From positions 124,001 through 188,000 of the forward strand of contig JBNZDD010013386.1 in the NCBI GenBank assembly GCA_050575255.1: a stretch of 64,000 bases of DNA, written 5' to 3'. The stretch comes from Harriotta raleighana. Lineage: Eukaryota. The translations under genes and the position numbers were made by a program. The notes under the pieces were generated by a model. The model saw only the letters and a list, made by a program, of their open reading frames with translations. It made no database searches and was not told where the DNA came from. Numbering within the stretch: the stretch's first letter is position 1; every line of letters begins with the position of its first letter. This document shows positions 13,073-25,397 of the stretch, one piece after another.

Positions 13073-16000
13073 TGTTTTTTTATTATCGTTGCCCTGGCAA
13101 AACCTCAAGATCTGTTAGCAACTCCAGGACATCATGCGCTCAGCTCAGGGGCTGAATGTCCGACAGCAAATCTTACTCGTTACTTTTCCATTATCAGGTA
13201 TATTTGGCATTTCAACAAATCTAAACACATCTCAAACAGAAAATAAAGTATTCATAAGGGAATGACCTGGGTCATAAATTTAATAACAACAACAACAACA
13301 AAATGACACATGTAAAGCACTTCTCACTTCAGGAGGACGTCCCAAGGTGCCGGACAGTTATAGTTTCAGACATTTAAATGTGTGAAACAAGTATCTTATA
13401 TGTGAAATTTAAGCGCGGTAAAGAACATAATTCTTATTCCTGCTCAAAACTGTGACAAATCCAAATAACCTGCAGATCTTCAGCAGCTCAATGCAACTCA
13501 ATAACTCAATTACAGCAGATTAATCCTATACACAAAGATTAATGACATCATGTTTTCTACTTATCTGTTAATGTGAGACGTAACAGGAATTGTTACCGAA
13601 AGGCCAATCATTGGGACAGGTTCCTTTCTCACCCGACTCATTCAAGAGGAAAAAGTTAATCTTCTCTATCAATAAAAGCAAAATGTGGTTTAAGAAGTGG
13701 AGTCACTTAGTGCTGGAGGCTTGTTAGAATTAGCATTTGCCAAACTAAAAATGAGCTCCTACTCTACTTGGTCAACATAAATACATTTCTTTCATAAAAT
13801 ATTAATTTGATGGAACCCATTTTTGGATGAACTGCAGTGGGTGACGTTTCACCTCTATGCCAGCCTGTGTTACGTAGAGAAAGGCCTTTTCTCTTTCAAT
13901 GCATCTCCTCTAATCTCCATTATAATCAGGACAACAACAACAAATAACATTTGTAGAAGCTCCTTTCACTTTGGAAGGACGTCCCAAGGCGCTGAACAAT
14001 TAGGTCGGGACCCGAGCAGGGCGGTTGGGGGTGCAGGGGGTGAGGGTCGAGAAGGACACTAATAATGTGGTTATGATTGGGTGTGTGAAACAAGTCAGAT
14101 CTGAGAACCTAGAGTCGCATTAGTCCATAGAAAACCTTAAACATCCACAGCACAGAATGAGTGTTGAACCCCTTGTATCTGCTCCCTTTTGCCCCATTTA
14201 CCTGCCGTTCCCCTTAACCATGCAGTTTACTCCATTTGAAGAAATCTAAAATTCTCCTGACCGTCCCATTTGTAAAATATCTAAAACATTTACCCTTGAA
14301 TCATCGACTCATCAAACAGTGCGAATAATATCTCTGTATTGACCAGCAAAAGCCCAGAGGATCATCAGCGGCAGCAGGATTCTCAAACTAACTAACTGCA
14401 GCTCCAGATAGTGTGAGTCGAACAGCCCCCAACAGTAGCGTCAATTAACACACAGCCCAGGGGGGGTGGAGGGTAAAATACCATTAATAAACCCTGATGA
14501 TGCCTCTCATTGGCAGGATAATTAGAGTAATGGGATTAGAACAAATCCACAACCTTCACCAAAACCAGAAGAAAAAAATACTCCAGAGTCAGTCCTCCAG
14601 CTGGTTAATGAACTTCTCCTGCAGTATGTTAAGAAGAATGAGGAACAAGTAAATTTATTTTGAAAACCTTTGGGATGTGGAATAAAGGAAGTGGTTTGGC
14701 TAAGATTTCTGACAGTTATTGATTAATAGTCCAAGGCTGGCACACATGAGGAAACTTAGCACAAAACCAAGGCATAATGGGGATCTCTGAGGTAACTTAT
14801 GAAGACATCAGAGAAATGTTAATATTATGTTAATTTAAAGATCACTTGATACATTTGCTGACGAACCATTAGAATGATTAGCCCCCCATTTAATACCATT
14901 TACAGTTCTGGCTGCAAATAGGTATTTGGAATCTGCGCTGGATTCAGATCCCTGGGAATGAAAGGGATTATTTGATTTGTCGAGAAGCCAAATTTATTGG
15001 GGTTTTTGTAATCTTGTATTAATGACAATACCCTTCCTACTTAATGACTTTATGTCGCGCTCTGTGTGTTGTGAGGCACAACTCGGGTTCATAATTCAAT
15101 AGGATTCAGATGTGCGAGTGCAGCTTATTAAAGTCGACTTTTTAAATTGATATAAAATCCATTAACCGTGAAGCTCCGCTAGACAGCTATGAACTTCTCA
15201 GTGTTTCAATAACAAACAAAGCCACAGGGATGGGCAAGAGACATTCTTGGAATGTGGATAGTTCAGCGATCACACAAGGTGAAGCCATGAATGGGGAAAT
15301 GGGAACGTAGAACCGACAAGGCTAGCTGCCAAATGGCGAGCGTTTCTCCTCAGATCACTCAATAAAGTATTGGTTGATGGTGTTCAGATTGTTATTTGAA
15401 ACCGAAACACAACAACAACAAAATTACATTTGTCTTGTGCCTTTTACGTCGGGAGGATGTCTCAAGATCCACCAACGTTAAAAGATGGAAGATGAGATGA
15501 GTCAAAATAAAATCTACATGTGTAATGTTAAACACGTCAAACTTGTCTCACACACAAACACAGACCTCACTCACTCGGGCTTTCCTTTGTGCTGGTCTTT
15601 ACTTCTGATCAACTCCATGTCCAGAGATGGATTATTCTTTTCACATTGATTATTTTCCAGATACTCAAAATCATCCAATTAAATTGAAAACTCAACAACA
15701 AAACATCTTTAAGATCGAAATTAAGACTTCTGGAAGATTATCAATGTCTGCTTATGTGTGACTCATGCCAGAGGTTTTAAATTAACATCATTATTATAGA
15801 GACCTGTAGCAATACATACCCAAAGGCGTGTCTAATCAAATGCACTTTGTCAACAAACTCTTTGCTTCCCCAGTAAACTCCTGGTGATGTTGTGCTAACA
15901 ATCCCACCACAATCCAGGCAAGCCTTCTAGTCGCTTGCTGCAGAAACCTGTTAAAAGCAGTTTTGCTTGTGTTGCTAACTATTCATTGGCAAATTGTTAG

Positions 16001-16729
16001 CAATCTAATCTCCCGTCCATTTAAAAACAATGCGTCATTCTGAATATTTGATACGATCCTTTTTAAATGTACTTCATGCTTGGTTTTGCACAGCTTTTTG
16101 GGAAAAACAAGTTACATTTCCACCCTCCCACCTACCCCCCAATATCCATTTTAAGCCCCTCAATGTAAATGGAGTAACAATTAAGTTTATTTCAGAATAT
16201 AAATATTGTGGGAGAGCAACTAATTTATAAGATTTAAAACCATGTCACACCTTGAAACTGTACTGATAATCCAGACTCACTCTTGCTCCAATGCCTTAAA
16301 GCTTACATTGTCCTTCCCTGTGAAGCGCTGAAAGGATTATTTATTACCATACTGAGAATTTATTTATTATTTTTAAAGCAAGTTTCTGGGATGAGTGGAC
16401 ATAGCGCTCAAGATTGGAGACAATTAAGAGTGAACCAAATAGAGGTGCTTTCAAAGGAAATTTTGAAAGGATTGAGTAAACAAACGGGGACATAAATGTA
16501 TAATAGCTCGTAGCCACAGATACAGAATAAGGAGTTATGGAAGAATTTCTTCATAGAGGTGGTGACGAGAATGTAAAATTCACTGGCAGAAGAGAAAGCA
16601 TTACCGTATTTAAGAGGAAACGTGTTGCACACACAGGAGTGAAGATAATAAGGAGTAGGGGCTCATGAGGAATACTGTATAATTTTTAGATTTGTTAGAG
16701 CATCTTTCATATTAGGAGGATCAACCCAA

Positions 16730-17165
16730 AGTGTTTCATAGAGTATACTGTGAAGTGTACTGACTGTGTGTAGTGGGCGAATAGAACAGCCGATTTGCAC
16801 ACAGCAATGTCCCACAAACAGCCGTGAAGTGAATGACAATAACAAAGTACAACAAAATTACATTTTTAGAGTGCCTTTCACGTCGGGAGGACGTCCCAAG
16901 ACGCTGTATAGCCAGGTCGGACCCGAGCAAGGGAGGATCTTGAGACTGGCCTTGAAGGAGGCAAGATAAGAAGTGAGGCGAAGGGACTGTGGGATGGAGT
17001 TTCAGAGTGTGGGGGCAGAGAGGCTGAAAGCCACTGATGGTAGGGCGGGTCGGGCGGGGGACATGGAGCAGACCGGAGCCCGGGGAATCCAGTGGGGTGG
17101 GAAGATTCATAGGGCGACAGCAGGTCGGAGAGATGGGAGGAGGTAAGGTCGTGAATGATCAATTT
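16730..17165 (-). mobile_element. SINE 3' half with an L2 fragment inserted (about 16837-17150)
   Basis: SINE core cagccgatttgcacacagc; L2 peptide PSPLSDLLSP-like / FQPLCPHTL; gtgaatga repeated at both junctions. Confidence 0.78.
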
Positions 17166-17473
17166 TACTTTCAAATTCTACAAACACCAGCACGCCTGAA
17201 TGGCCTGTTTCTGTGCTGTAATGTTTATGTAAATTTGTGCGATACACCTCAAGCACCAGTTAGTTAATTGAATCTGTAGGTGGTATCACAGCTCACTGTT
17301 GTGAAACCTCACTCTGATTCCATGTGATCATTAGGTTGTTAGAGCTTTCCAATTTCAAACAGATGTTTTTTGCTGGTTTAAGAGCTTATTTATTTCCCAA
17401 GAGTAAATATTTTTGCAGCATCTTCACTTACCTCGGAACATCAACAGGAAACATTACCAGATGAGAGCTCGTG

Positions 17474-17815
17474 TGGAACTCCTGTGGCTCAGTGGTTAGA
17501 GCACTCGCCTTACATGCCTTACAAGCATGAGACCTGTGTTCGAATCCAGGCAGATCAGGGCGAAACCGTGGGCAAGTTTCCTTACTCCACATGCCTAATA
17601 ATAATCCCTCCAAAAAAAAACCCACAATAATAAAATTGGTCATTTCAATCCATGACTGTTTGTGGGGGGAGACGCTGCTGTGCGCAATTGGCTGCCGCGT
17701 TCCGCCCACAAATATAGTCAATTCACTTTACAGTACATTCTGTGAAGCGCTTTGGGACGTTGATAAGATGTGAAAAGCACTATATCAAATGCAAGGATTA
17801 TTATTATTATTATTA
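17474..17815 (+). mobile_element. Full-length tRNA-derived SINE
   Basis: A box TGGCTCAGTGG, B box GTTCGAATCC, core gtgcgcaattggctgccgcgtt, LINE-like tail ending (ATT)n. Confidence 0.9.
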
Positions 17816-18919
17816 CCAGCTAATGTCCTCACTTTCCCCCCCTTCCCCGCACTCCCATTTGTTTTTGTCTGTGGTGCTGAACTCTTTAGCAGCCAATCAA
17901 TCATTAATCAGTTGGAGTGTGGGTGTGTTGACAACAGGTGACGGCAGCTTTAGACTAATTGCTGCCCAGGCTCAACATGACAATCAGCTGCTGATCAGAA
18001 GTTGTTGGAGATTCTGGAACCATATTTTACAGTGTTAATCTAACTAAACCTCATTGAGAAATTGTATAGTACAGTCAGCCAGTAACAGGTCCTCACATTA
18101 TTGCAGATGGCTTGACTTCAGCAAGCCTTCCTCCTCAAGAGATAATTCAACTCCAGGAAGACTCCAACATACAGTACCTAATTTACTCAAACTCTCGTCA
18201 TAGGGCAACCCCCTCACCCTAAGAACCAACCCAGTGAATCTCTGAGGCGAGTATATCTTTTCTTAGATAAGGAGACCAAAACTACCCATAATATTGTAGG
18301 TGAGTCTCACCAAGGCCCTGAAAATCTTCTTCATCTCAGAACCAGTTGAGCTGCAAGGAGTTCACACATCACTAATGTAAAGGCTAATCACTATTTATCA
18401 GCATCGCAAAGTTACCCAAAGGCTGAGGAACCCAACCTGGATTCAAATATAGAACTCTCTGGTCTCAAGCTCATTTGGGATTTTTAATGTTAATTGATGC
18501 AGTCTCCTGGCTTCCTTTCTATTCTGAATGGCAGATTGCATTGCACAAAAGTACCATTTCACAGTGCAAAGTAAGGTTTGGACCAGCTCACAGGATAAAT
18601 TTGAGCACATCACAGGATAAAAAGAGCACAAGCAAGTAGGGCCCCTCACATATAACTTATTCAAGTCAATAAATACAAGGTCCTTCTGTGTAATGATGAT
18701 CAATCCAAACTCTCAGCATGATTATTACTTTTTGAAGTCACACAAAGAAGATGTTTTTTTTTAAATGTTGGTAAGTGGACAAGAATAAAGTGACATTTGA
18801 GAGGCTGATTTATAAATCAGGTCTGAAGGTTCACGAACACACACACACACACCTACACACTGTACTCACATCCTATCCTGGCAGCAGAGGAACAAACAAT
18901 GAATTTGCAAACAGAACCC

Positions 18920-19091
18920 AAAGTGGTTTAACACAAGAGGTTTATTAATCTCTGTAAAAGTTAACAGTATACAATATGCCTTGTCGCTATTCTAAGTTAC
19001 TAGTAGGATGAATGTGATTGCAGTGACTGCTGGCACTGTAGGAGCGCATGGTGCATCACAAGGAGCAGCTCCTCAGAACGTCAGGGGAAAC
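18920..19091 (-). other. PSMD1: Probable non-coding terminal (3'UTR) exon of PSMD1
   Basis: Acceptor ttgttttattctgtag|GTTTCC at 19092/19091, AATAAA at 18946-18941, GT-rich downstream element; 3' end approximate. Confidence 0.7.
18941..18946 (-). terminator. Polyadenylation signal AATAAA for PSMD1
   Basis: tttatt on the plus strand; followed on the minus strand by ttgtgtt...tttgggttctgtttg. Confidence 0.65.
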
Positions 19092-19904
19092 CTACAGAAT
19101 AAAACAAGCAGATTACCAGCCAAGCTTTCACAAACAACCCACAGAAAAATATTTATTAATTTGGCACTTTTAATTAAAAATGAAAACTTGGAATTCTTAA
19201 CAGGGATGATACTGCACTTAATCATTGTGAAGTCTGCAGTAAATTAAGAGACTTGTGGAATCAACAACCCTGTAGACAAGTGAGTGCACTTTAATGAGGT
19301 AAAGCAGTTTTACACAGAGAGAATCACCATATTTAACCCTGTGTCGCCATTTTATTCATTTTAAAAGTATCTGATTCTCGTTGTAATCATATTTCCCAAT
19401 TCAGTTAAGAATCTTATATACCTGCCTTCCTATCCCACCTTTCAAGCCTTATATTCTCTTGTTCTCTATGGATTATTCCGAACATGGGCAAGCAGTGCAG
19501 TTTTCGTCTTTAGTAAATTTAAAAAGTCAATTAAATCTGTCACCCACAGAGCTACAACAACAACTACTTAAATTTATATACTGCCGAATGGCATCTTAGA
19601 GCGCTTATTGCTATTGCTCCCCAGCCAAGGCAGCCGCAGACATTCCCTATTAAAAACTATTGAAAAAAGGTAAAAGCAGTGGAAATATTTTATACAATAT
19701 ATTTTCAAATAATTTTGTTCATCCCATTGTTAATACCCAGTTGCAGCTTTGTTTTGCTATTTCATTGCTGACACTAATTGCTGAGAGTTAACAACAGGAG
19801 GGTGGGCTCCACAGGACACAGCAATGGTTGCTTTTTTGCTTCCACTTAGAACTTGTAGAAACTATGAAAAAGCTAAGCCTATCAATCAAAATCAAAATTT
19901 TATT

Positions 19905-20142
19905 TATATATAAAGCCTAGCGCCTTTCACATCAGGAGAACGTCCGTCCCAAAGTGCTGGACAGTCAGGGATCTGCACCCAAGCTGGTGGTTGGGATCGG
20001 GAGGGATGGGACATGGAGGTAGGAGGGTGACCGAAGGCAGCGTTGAAGGGGAGGGTCTTGAAGGAGGCAAGAGAGGGAGCAAAACCAAGGGACAGTGGGA
20101 CGGAGTTCCAGAGGGTGGGGGCAGAGAGACTGAAGGCCCAAC
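19905..20142 (-). mobile_element. L2 3' fragment in the PSMD1 3'UTR intron
   Basis: AFSLSAPTLWNSVPLSL peptide and the family terminus gcgcctttcacatcaggag. Confidence 0.8.
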
Positions 20143-20162
20143 TATCAAGGCCACTCACCAAT

Positions 20163-20342
<180 letters not shown>

Positions 20343-21410
20343 TTATTAAGGCAAAATTTAAATTCTTTCCAAGTTCTTTTTTTCAAAAAACAAAATACAA
20401 CAAACCTGAATCTTTTTTCCCCACAATCTCTGGTGCAATTTCAACAGAAATATCAAAAATATACAGTTGAATTGCTTTCCAGAAGCCCAATACTGCAAAT
20501 CATACAAAGATGCTCTTTGTATACAAGTGAGGATTGCTGAATGGATCACAGGTTGTGGTATATCATACGTTACTCGATAGCAAACATCTACTCCTGTATA
20601 GAGGAAATATTGGCGCAGCAGAATTGATCGAACTGTCTATTGCTCCACTGTGACATTAGTGCTCATGGCTCCAAGTCACTCACAAAATGAATGATTATAT
20701 GATGGTGACCTGCATTGGACAAAAGCATACAATTCAAGTTTCATAAATTGTCCCAGACAGGAAAATGCAAATACTGTATTAGAATTTACTTTCCATCAGT
20801 TTCAAATAAAAATTGAATACAAGTTACTTTGTAAAGTTTTCTTACATCTTATGACTTGTCATTTAAGCAGACTTTACACTAATGAGAGTAGCCATATGAC
20901 TTGAAATTGCAGAAGTGATCAAAGTGCTTCTTCCCTCAAATAACAGTTTCACACTGCCTTTGAATACACTGCTTGTACATAAAGGTTCCAACGCATCTCC
21001 TTGAAAAGCTCAGGCATCAAAGACTATGTTTCTCTCAAACAGCCACAAAACTGCCTAGCTTGGCTTTTAATAATGCAAATCTTATTCAGCAAGGTTTCTT
21101 TAGTCTGGCATTCAAACTGGACACATTACTCTTAAATCTTTGGGTTTGAAAGGTTTCTGATACAACCACAAATCTATCAGCATGTTTAAGAATCTCCATA
21201 TACTTCAGAACAATTATAATGGATTATAATGGATGGGGATGTATAAAATCCCAGCGTATCATAGACTGCTTGGCAGTCACTGACCTGGTGATAGCGATTA
21301 CATGACAAGAGGGGAGAGAAGGAAAGGAATCAAAAGACAATTGGTGAACAACTGGATCTCAGCGTGCATTAGTGCTCTCAGTTCCTCCTGCGCTCCTGTG
21401 ACTGATATAT

Positions 21411-21570
21411 GATCCAAATCATCCACTAGTGAAACCAACAAAGTCAACCCAAGAATGGAGTTAATATCTTTAAACGTTGGTCAGAAACAAGATCCAAATC
21501 ATCCACTAGTGAAACCAACAAAGTCAACCCAAGAATGGAGTTAATATCTTTAAACGTTGGTCAGAAACAA
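21411..21570. repeat. Perfect 80-bp tandem duplication
   Basis: gatccaaatc...tcagaaacaa at 21411-21490 and 21491-21570. Confidence 0.95.
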
Positions 21571-23695
21571 TATCAGGCAGAACAAATGATATGAAAAAGG
21601 TCAAGCTGAACTGCGACCAATGTTCCCAATCACAATATATAAAGTGAGTAAAACTGCTAATATTGTGGATCTCTGTTCCCAACAGTCCGTGTAATAATAA
21701 CCCATTATCCTGACATGTACAAGGAAACTGTGTCTTAGTGGTACATGTCTAACGTGTTTCTCTGTTGCCACAGTCCCTCAGTCTGTTGGATGTAATTCAC
21801 ATTCACTAAACACTTGTCATCACTTGGATTCACACAATCGCATAAGCGCCAATATGTCAGCTGGAGAGATACAGAATAGATCTTATATAAATATTTATGC
21901 GAGTGTGCTGGAGAAACATTTTGCACACGGATTCACTGTTCTCTACAAGTAGAGAAACACCAATGCTATTGTTGGAAACTAAAGTTTGGTCAAAAAAACA
22001 CAATGTGAGAGCCACAATTCTGCAATGTAAGAAAAGTCTGCAGATTGCCAGTTACAGTCACAGATGAAGAAATATTTGTGTTTGAAAGAAACAAATGCAT
22101 GGTTAAAAATCTATAAACTGGATTGTTTATGGTTTACTCAGGTAAGTCTTAAAATGAACAGGGAGCGAGGTACAGGGAATGGCATTGTGGCTTAAGGCAC
22201 GGTCACTGATGATGCCAAGGAGGGAGACGCATGTCTGCGTTGGCTGAGTGAAGAGGCTGGGCAGAGGAGTGGGAGCCAGAGAGGTAAAAGAGGGCCATTA
22301 GGGCATGAAGGGATTTCTAGGTGAGGATCTTAAATAGATCAGTTTGGAGAGAATAGAGTCCTGGAAATCCCTGAAACATTGCCAGGGAAACTTAATGTGC
22401 ACCTGAATCAGGCAGGCAGGATGTCTGGTTAATAAGATACGATACAAATACACAAAGGTAAACACTGCTGAGAAAGCACTATCCCAGCGATTTGCACCCA
22501 ATAGTTGAGGAAGCCGCAATATGTAGTTAAGAGGATAAACAAAGGAGCTTGAATCACTGTAACTGTGATTCTATCAATAAGAAATGTAAAACAAACTACT
22601 GTAGAACCTTAATGATGACACTCTGCTTAGGTCACCACTTTGAATGAAAATATCACCTCGCCCACAAAACCCACCGTCAATATTGACTGTTTTAGATTGA
22701 GACCTGATGTATTAAATTAATCAGCTTACAGCCCTCCGTCTTGATAAAGTTGTTGTAACTGCGATTCTAAATCTCTCTTTCTGTAGCAACTCACAATTTA
22801 TGAGTTTAGTCGAGTGCTGATGTATCTGTGGTTCTCTTTGATGATGTATTTTCCTGTGATATTTCTGAACCACATCAAATTGTTACGTGCTTTGGAATGA
22901 TAAACATGAAAAACATCACCAATAAAACGCTCCATCCCACCCACCCCGCTAGATTGCTGAGTGAGCGTTTTTAAATTGCTATGATGTTGGATAGGATTAA
23001 AATAGTCACTATCCAGTTGGAATCACTATGCACCAGTTTACAGTTGTTTTGGATTCCAGTCTGGTTCAAATATCCCTGTTTCTTTTGTACTTGCTCGGGA
23101 ACAACTGCATAACATCCCGATCAGGAACTTCTGTTGAATCCCTCAAGCTACAAGTCATTCCAGTTATCAAAACGCTGATGTTTGTGCCAGAGTTGTCACC
23201 AGCAGCTGTAAATGACGCGTAAACGGACTTCCTCCCTCCTCCCCATGAAAATCACATTATTCTATAAACACTCATTTGTTCCCCCTGATATCAGGATAAC
23301 GTTAGTTAGTTAAAATATTTACATACAGTTACAAATCTGACAAGTATATAAATACTGTATTCATTTTGGAAACAAAAAATGTCCAGCCGTTTTATATCTG
23401 GCTGGATATATGAAAGCTTAAGCGTGGATCTTGTAACACATCCCATGTTATAATTCCGGAAATCACCTGTGTCTACTTGTACTACAACAACAACATTACG
23501 TTCGTACAGTGCTTTTCATGTCGGGAGGATGTCCCAAGTACATTCACGTCTAAGATCGTTATGTGATCGTTACGTCCGCCTGATGTGAAAGGCGCTTTAC
23601 AAATGTAATGCTGTGCTTTTAGGTAAAGTAATTTTTAATCAGGAGTTTTATTTAGAATATCTGCTAGCCTCAGTGTGTATACAGAGCATATTGAC

Positions 23696-23854
23696 CTGTT
23701 TGAAGGGCAGGTATCTACACCCCTCTGGCATTGTCAGGACTTTGAGCTGTGCTGGCATGATTCGAGCAGGGTTCTCCAACAGTTGAAAATTTGGCTCTGG
23801 CTCTTTCTTCTTCTCCTTCTCTTTTTCTTCATCTTTCTTCTCATCCTTCTCCTC
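23696..23854 (-). CDS. PSMD1: PSMD1 coding exon (~exon 23)
   Basis: [53 protein letters not shown]; 159 nt; acceptor atttag, donor CAG|GTCAAT. Confidence 0.94.
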
Positions 23855-24414
23855 CTAAATAAATATTAGAAAGCAGCTGCATAAATTAAATGCAACACAT
23901 GCACTTCACAGTTACATTGATATAGCATTGATATAACTGCTAGTAGATAACAGTGTAAAAGCAGCCACACTTGTGGGACATATGTGCATGTGGCCTCCAG
24001 GAAGGTGGAAGGCGAACTAGATGGACCTTGGTCTTTTCTCGTCTGGCATTTCTTTCTTATGTTCTTATACTGTTATTGCTTTTAAACCTCAGGCCGTTTG
24101 AGCCCAAATATTTTGATCAGTTGTTCTAAAAAGGCAGAGAAAACGAAATGTCAAGTTTACATTTCAAAACAAAGAGAAGAGTTTTAATTTAATTTCAACA
24201 GTGAAGGTGAACTGTGTTTGTATTTGGATTTGTGGAAGAAACCAATTTCAGTGACAACTTTGGCAAATGCTAAAATGGAGGCCAGAAGGTTATACAGTGA
24301 CAGATTAAGTCCCAGAGTTGTCAAAGATCTTCTAGCAAATTATCTCATCTTTTCTTGTATCACATGTAGAAATACCAGATATGATCAGAAACTGTTGGCT
24401 TGTGCAGTACTTAC

Positions 24415-24516
24415 AACATCCATCTTCTCCTCCTCTTTGTCTTTTCCCTTTTCTTTCTCCTTTTCTTTCTCCTTCTTCTTTGCTTTGGCTGTGATCGACA
24501 GGACAGCAGTGGAAAC
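24415..24516 (-). CDS. PSMD1: PSMD1 coding exon (~exon 22), KEKE-rich
   Basis: VSTAVLSITAKAKKKEKEKEKEKGKDKEEEKMDV; 102 nt; acceptor ctgcag, donor GTAAGT. Confidence 0.95.
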
Positions 24517-25397
24517 CTGCAGGTTAAGAATCAAACGTCAGATCTAAATTACGAACGTAAACAAGGGAATGAATGGCTTTAGTGCAATTAGCTGTACAAC
24601 AACAAGAACAACAACTTGGATTCATATAGCGTCCTCCACGCTTGCTGGAGCAAGCATACTAGTTAGGATCCAGCAAACTAAATCTTAACAGTAGGAAAAC
24701 CATCGACTAGAAATTGAAAAATAGTTACAATTATCTATCCATTTAATTCCCTCTCCCCCCCCCGTACCACCCCCCAAATGTCTCTCCTGTAACATATGTT
24801 TTCCCAGCATTAATAGGGAAAGGACAGTTTCTATTTGCTTCCTTTGCAGACTGTTCATAAGTGTTTTTCAAAGACTTGAGATGATCATCCAGGTAACCAC
24901 TGGAAAACTAGTGGGAACTGAAGGACATTTTGGGAACTGAAGGACTTCATTCCCTTTGCTGTCGAATGAAATGCCGTTGTGCTGTGAAAGGGTTATCTGA
25001 CACAAGGGGTTGAGGTCTGCTCTTGGGTTCCAGGAGCTGTGGGATGTCGGGTTTGAAATAATCTGTGTGGTTCAGTTTGCTCTTTTCTAGAGTCAAATTA
25101 ATTCCGTTATTTTACAGAGAACAAATCCACTCCAATCTGAGCAGGGAACACAATACACTGAATAAACGATTAATGACTCCTGTATCCCATTGAGTAAAGA
25201 CTGATGTGGTACTATGGACCACCAGCTCTCACTTCTCTCAAGTTGGCAATGGTGCTGTCTCCTGGGCTGGAGCAGCAGATTACAACCTTTTCTGTTTATC
25301 TCAAATGTGTACAATGCAAAGAAGATATTTATTTAGGGTAATTAACCAAGAAATGTAAAAGCATCGCTTGACAACAAGCATCACAGCATCTCCATTA

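Noticed and set aside
6805-15470. Recurring ~60-bp motif as a CRISPR-like or regularly spaced array
   Set aside because: Spacing is irregular and kilobase-scale, copies are diverged and end in (CAA)n tails; they are truncated L2 3' ends in a eukaryotic genome.
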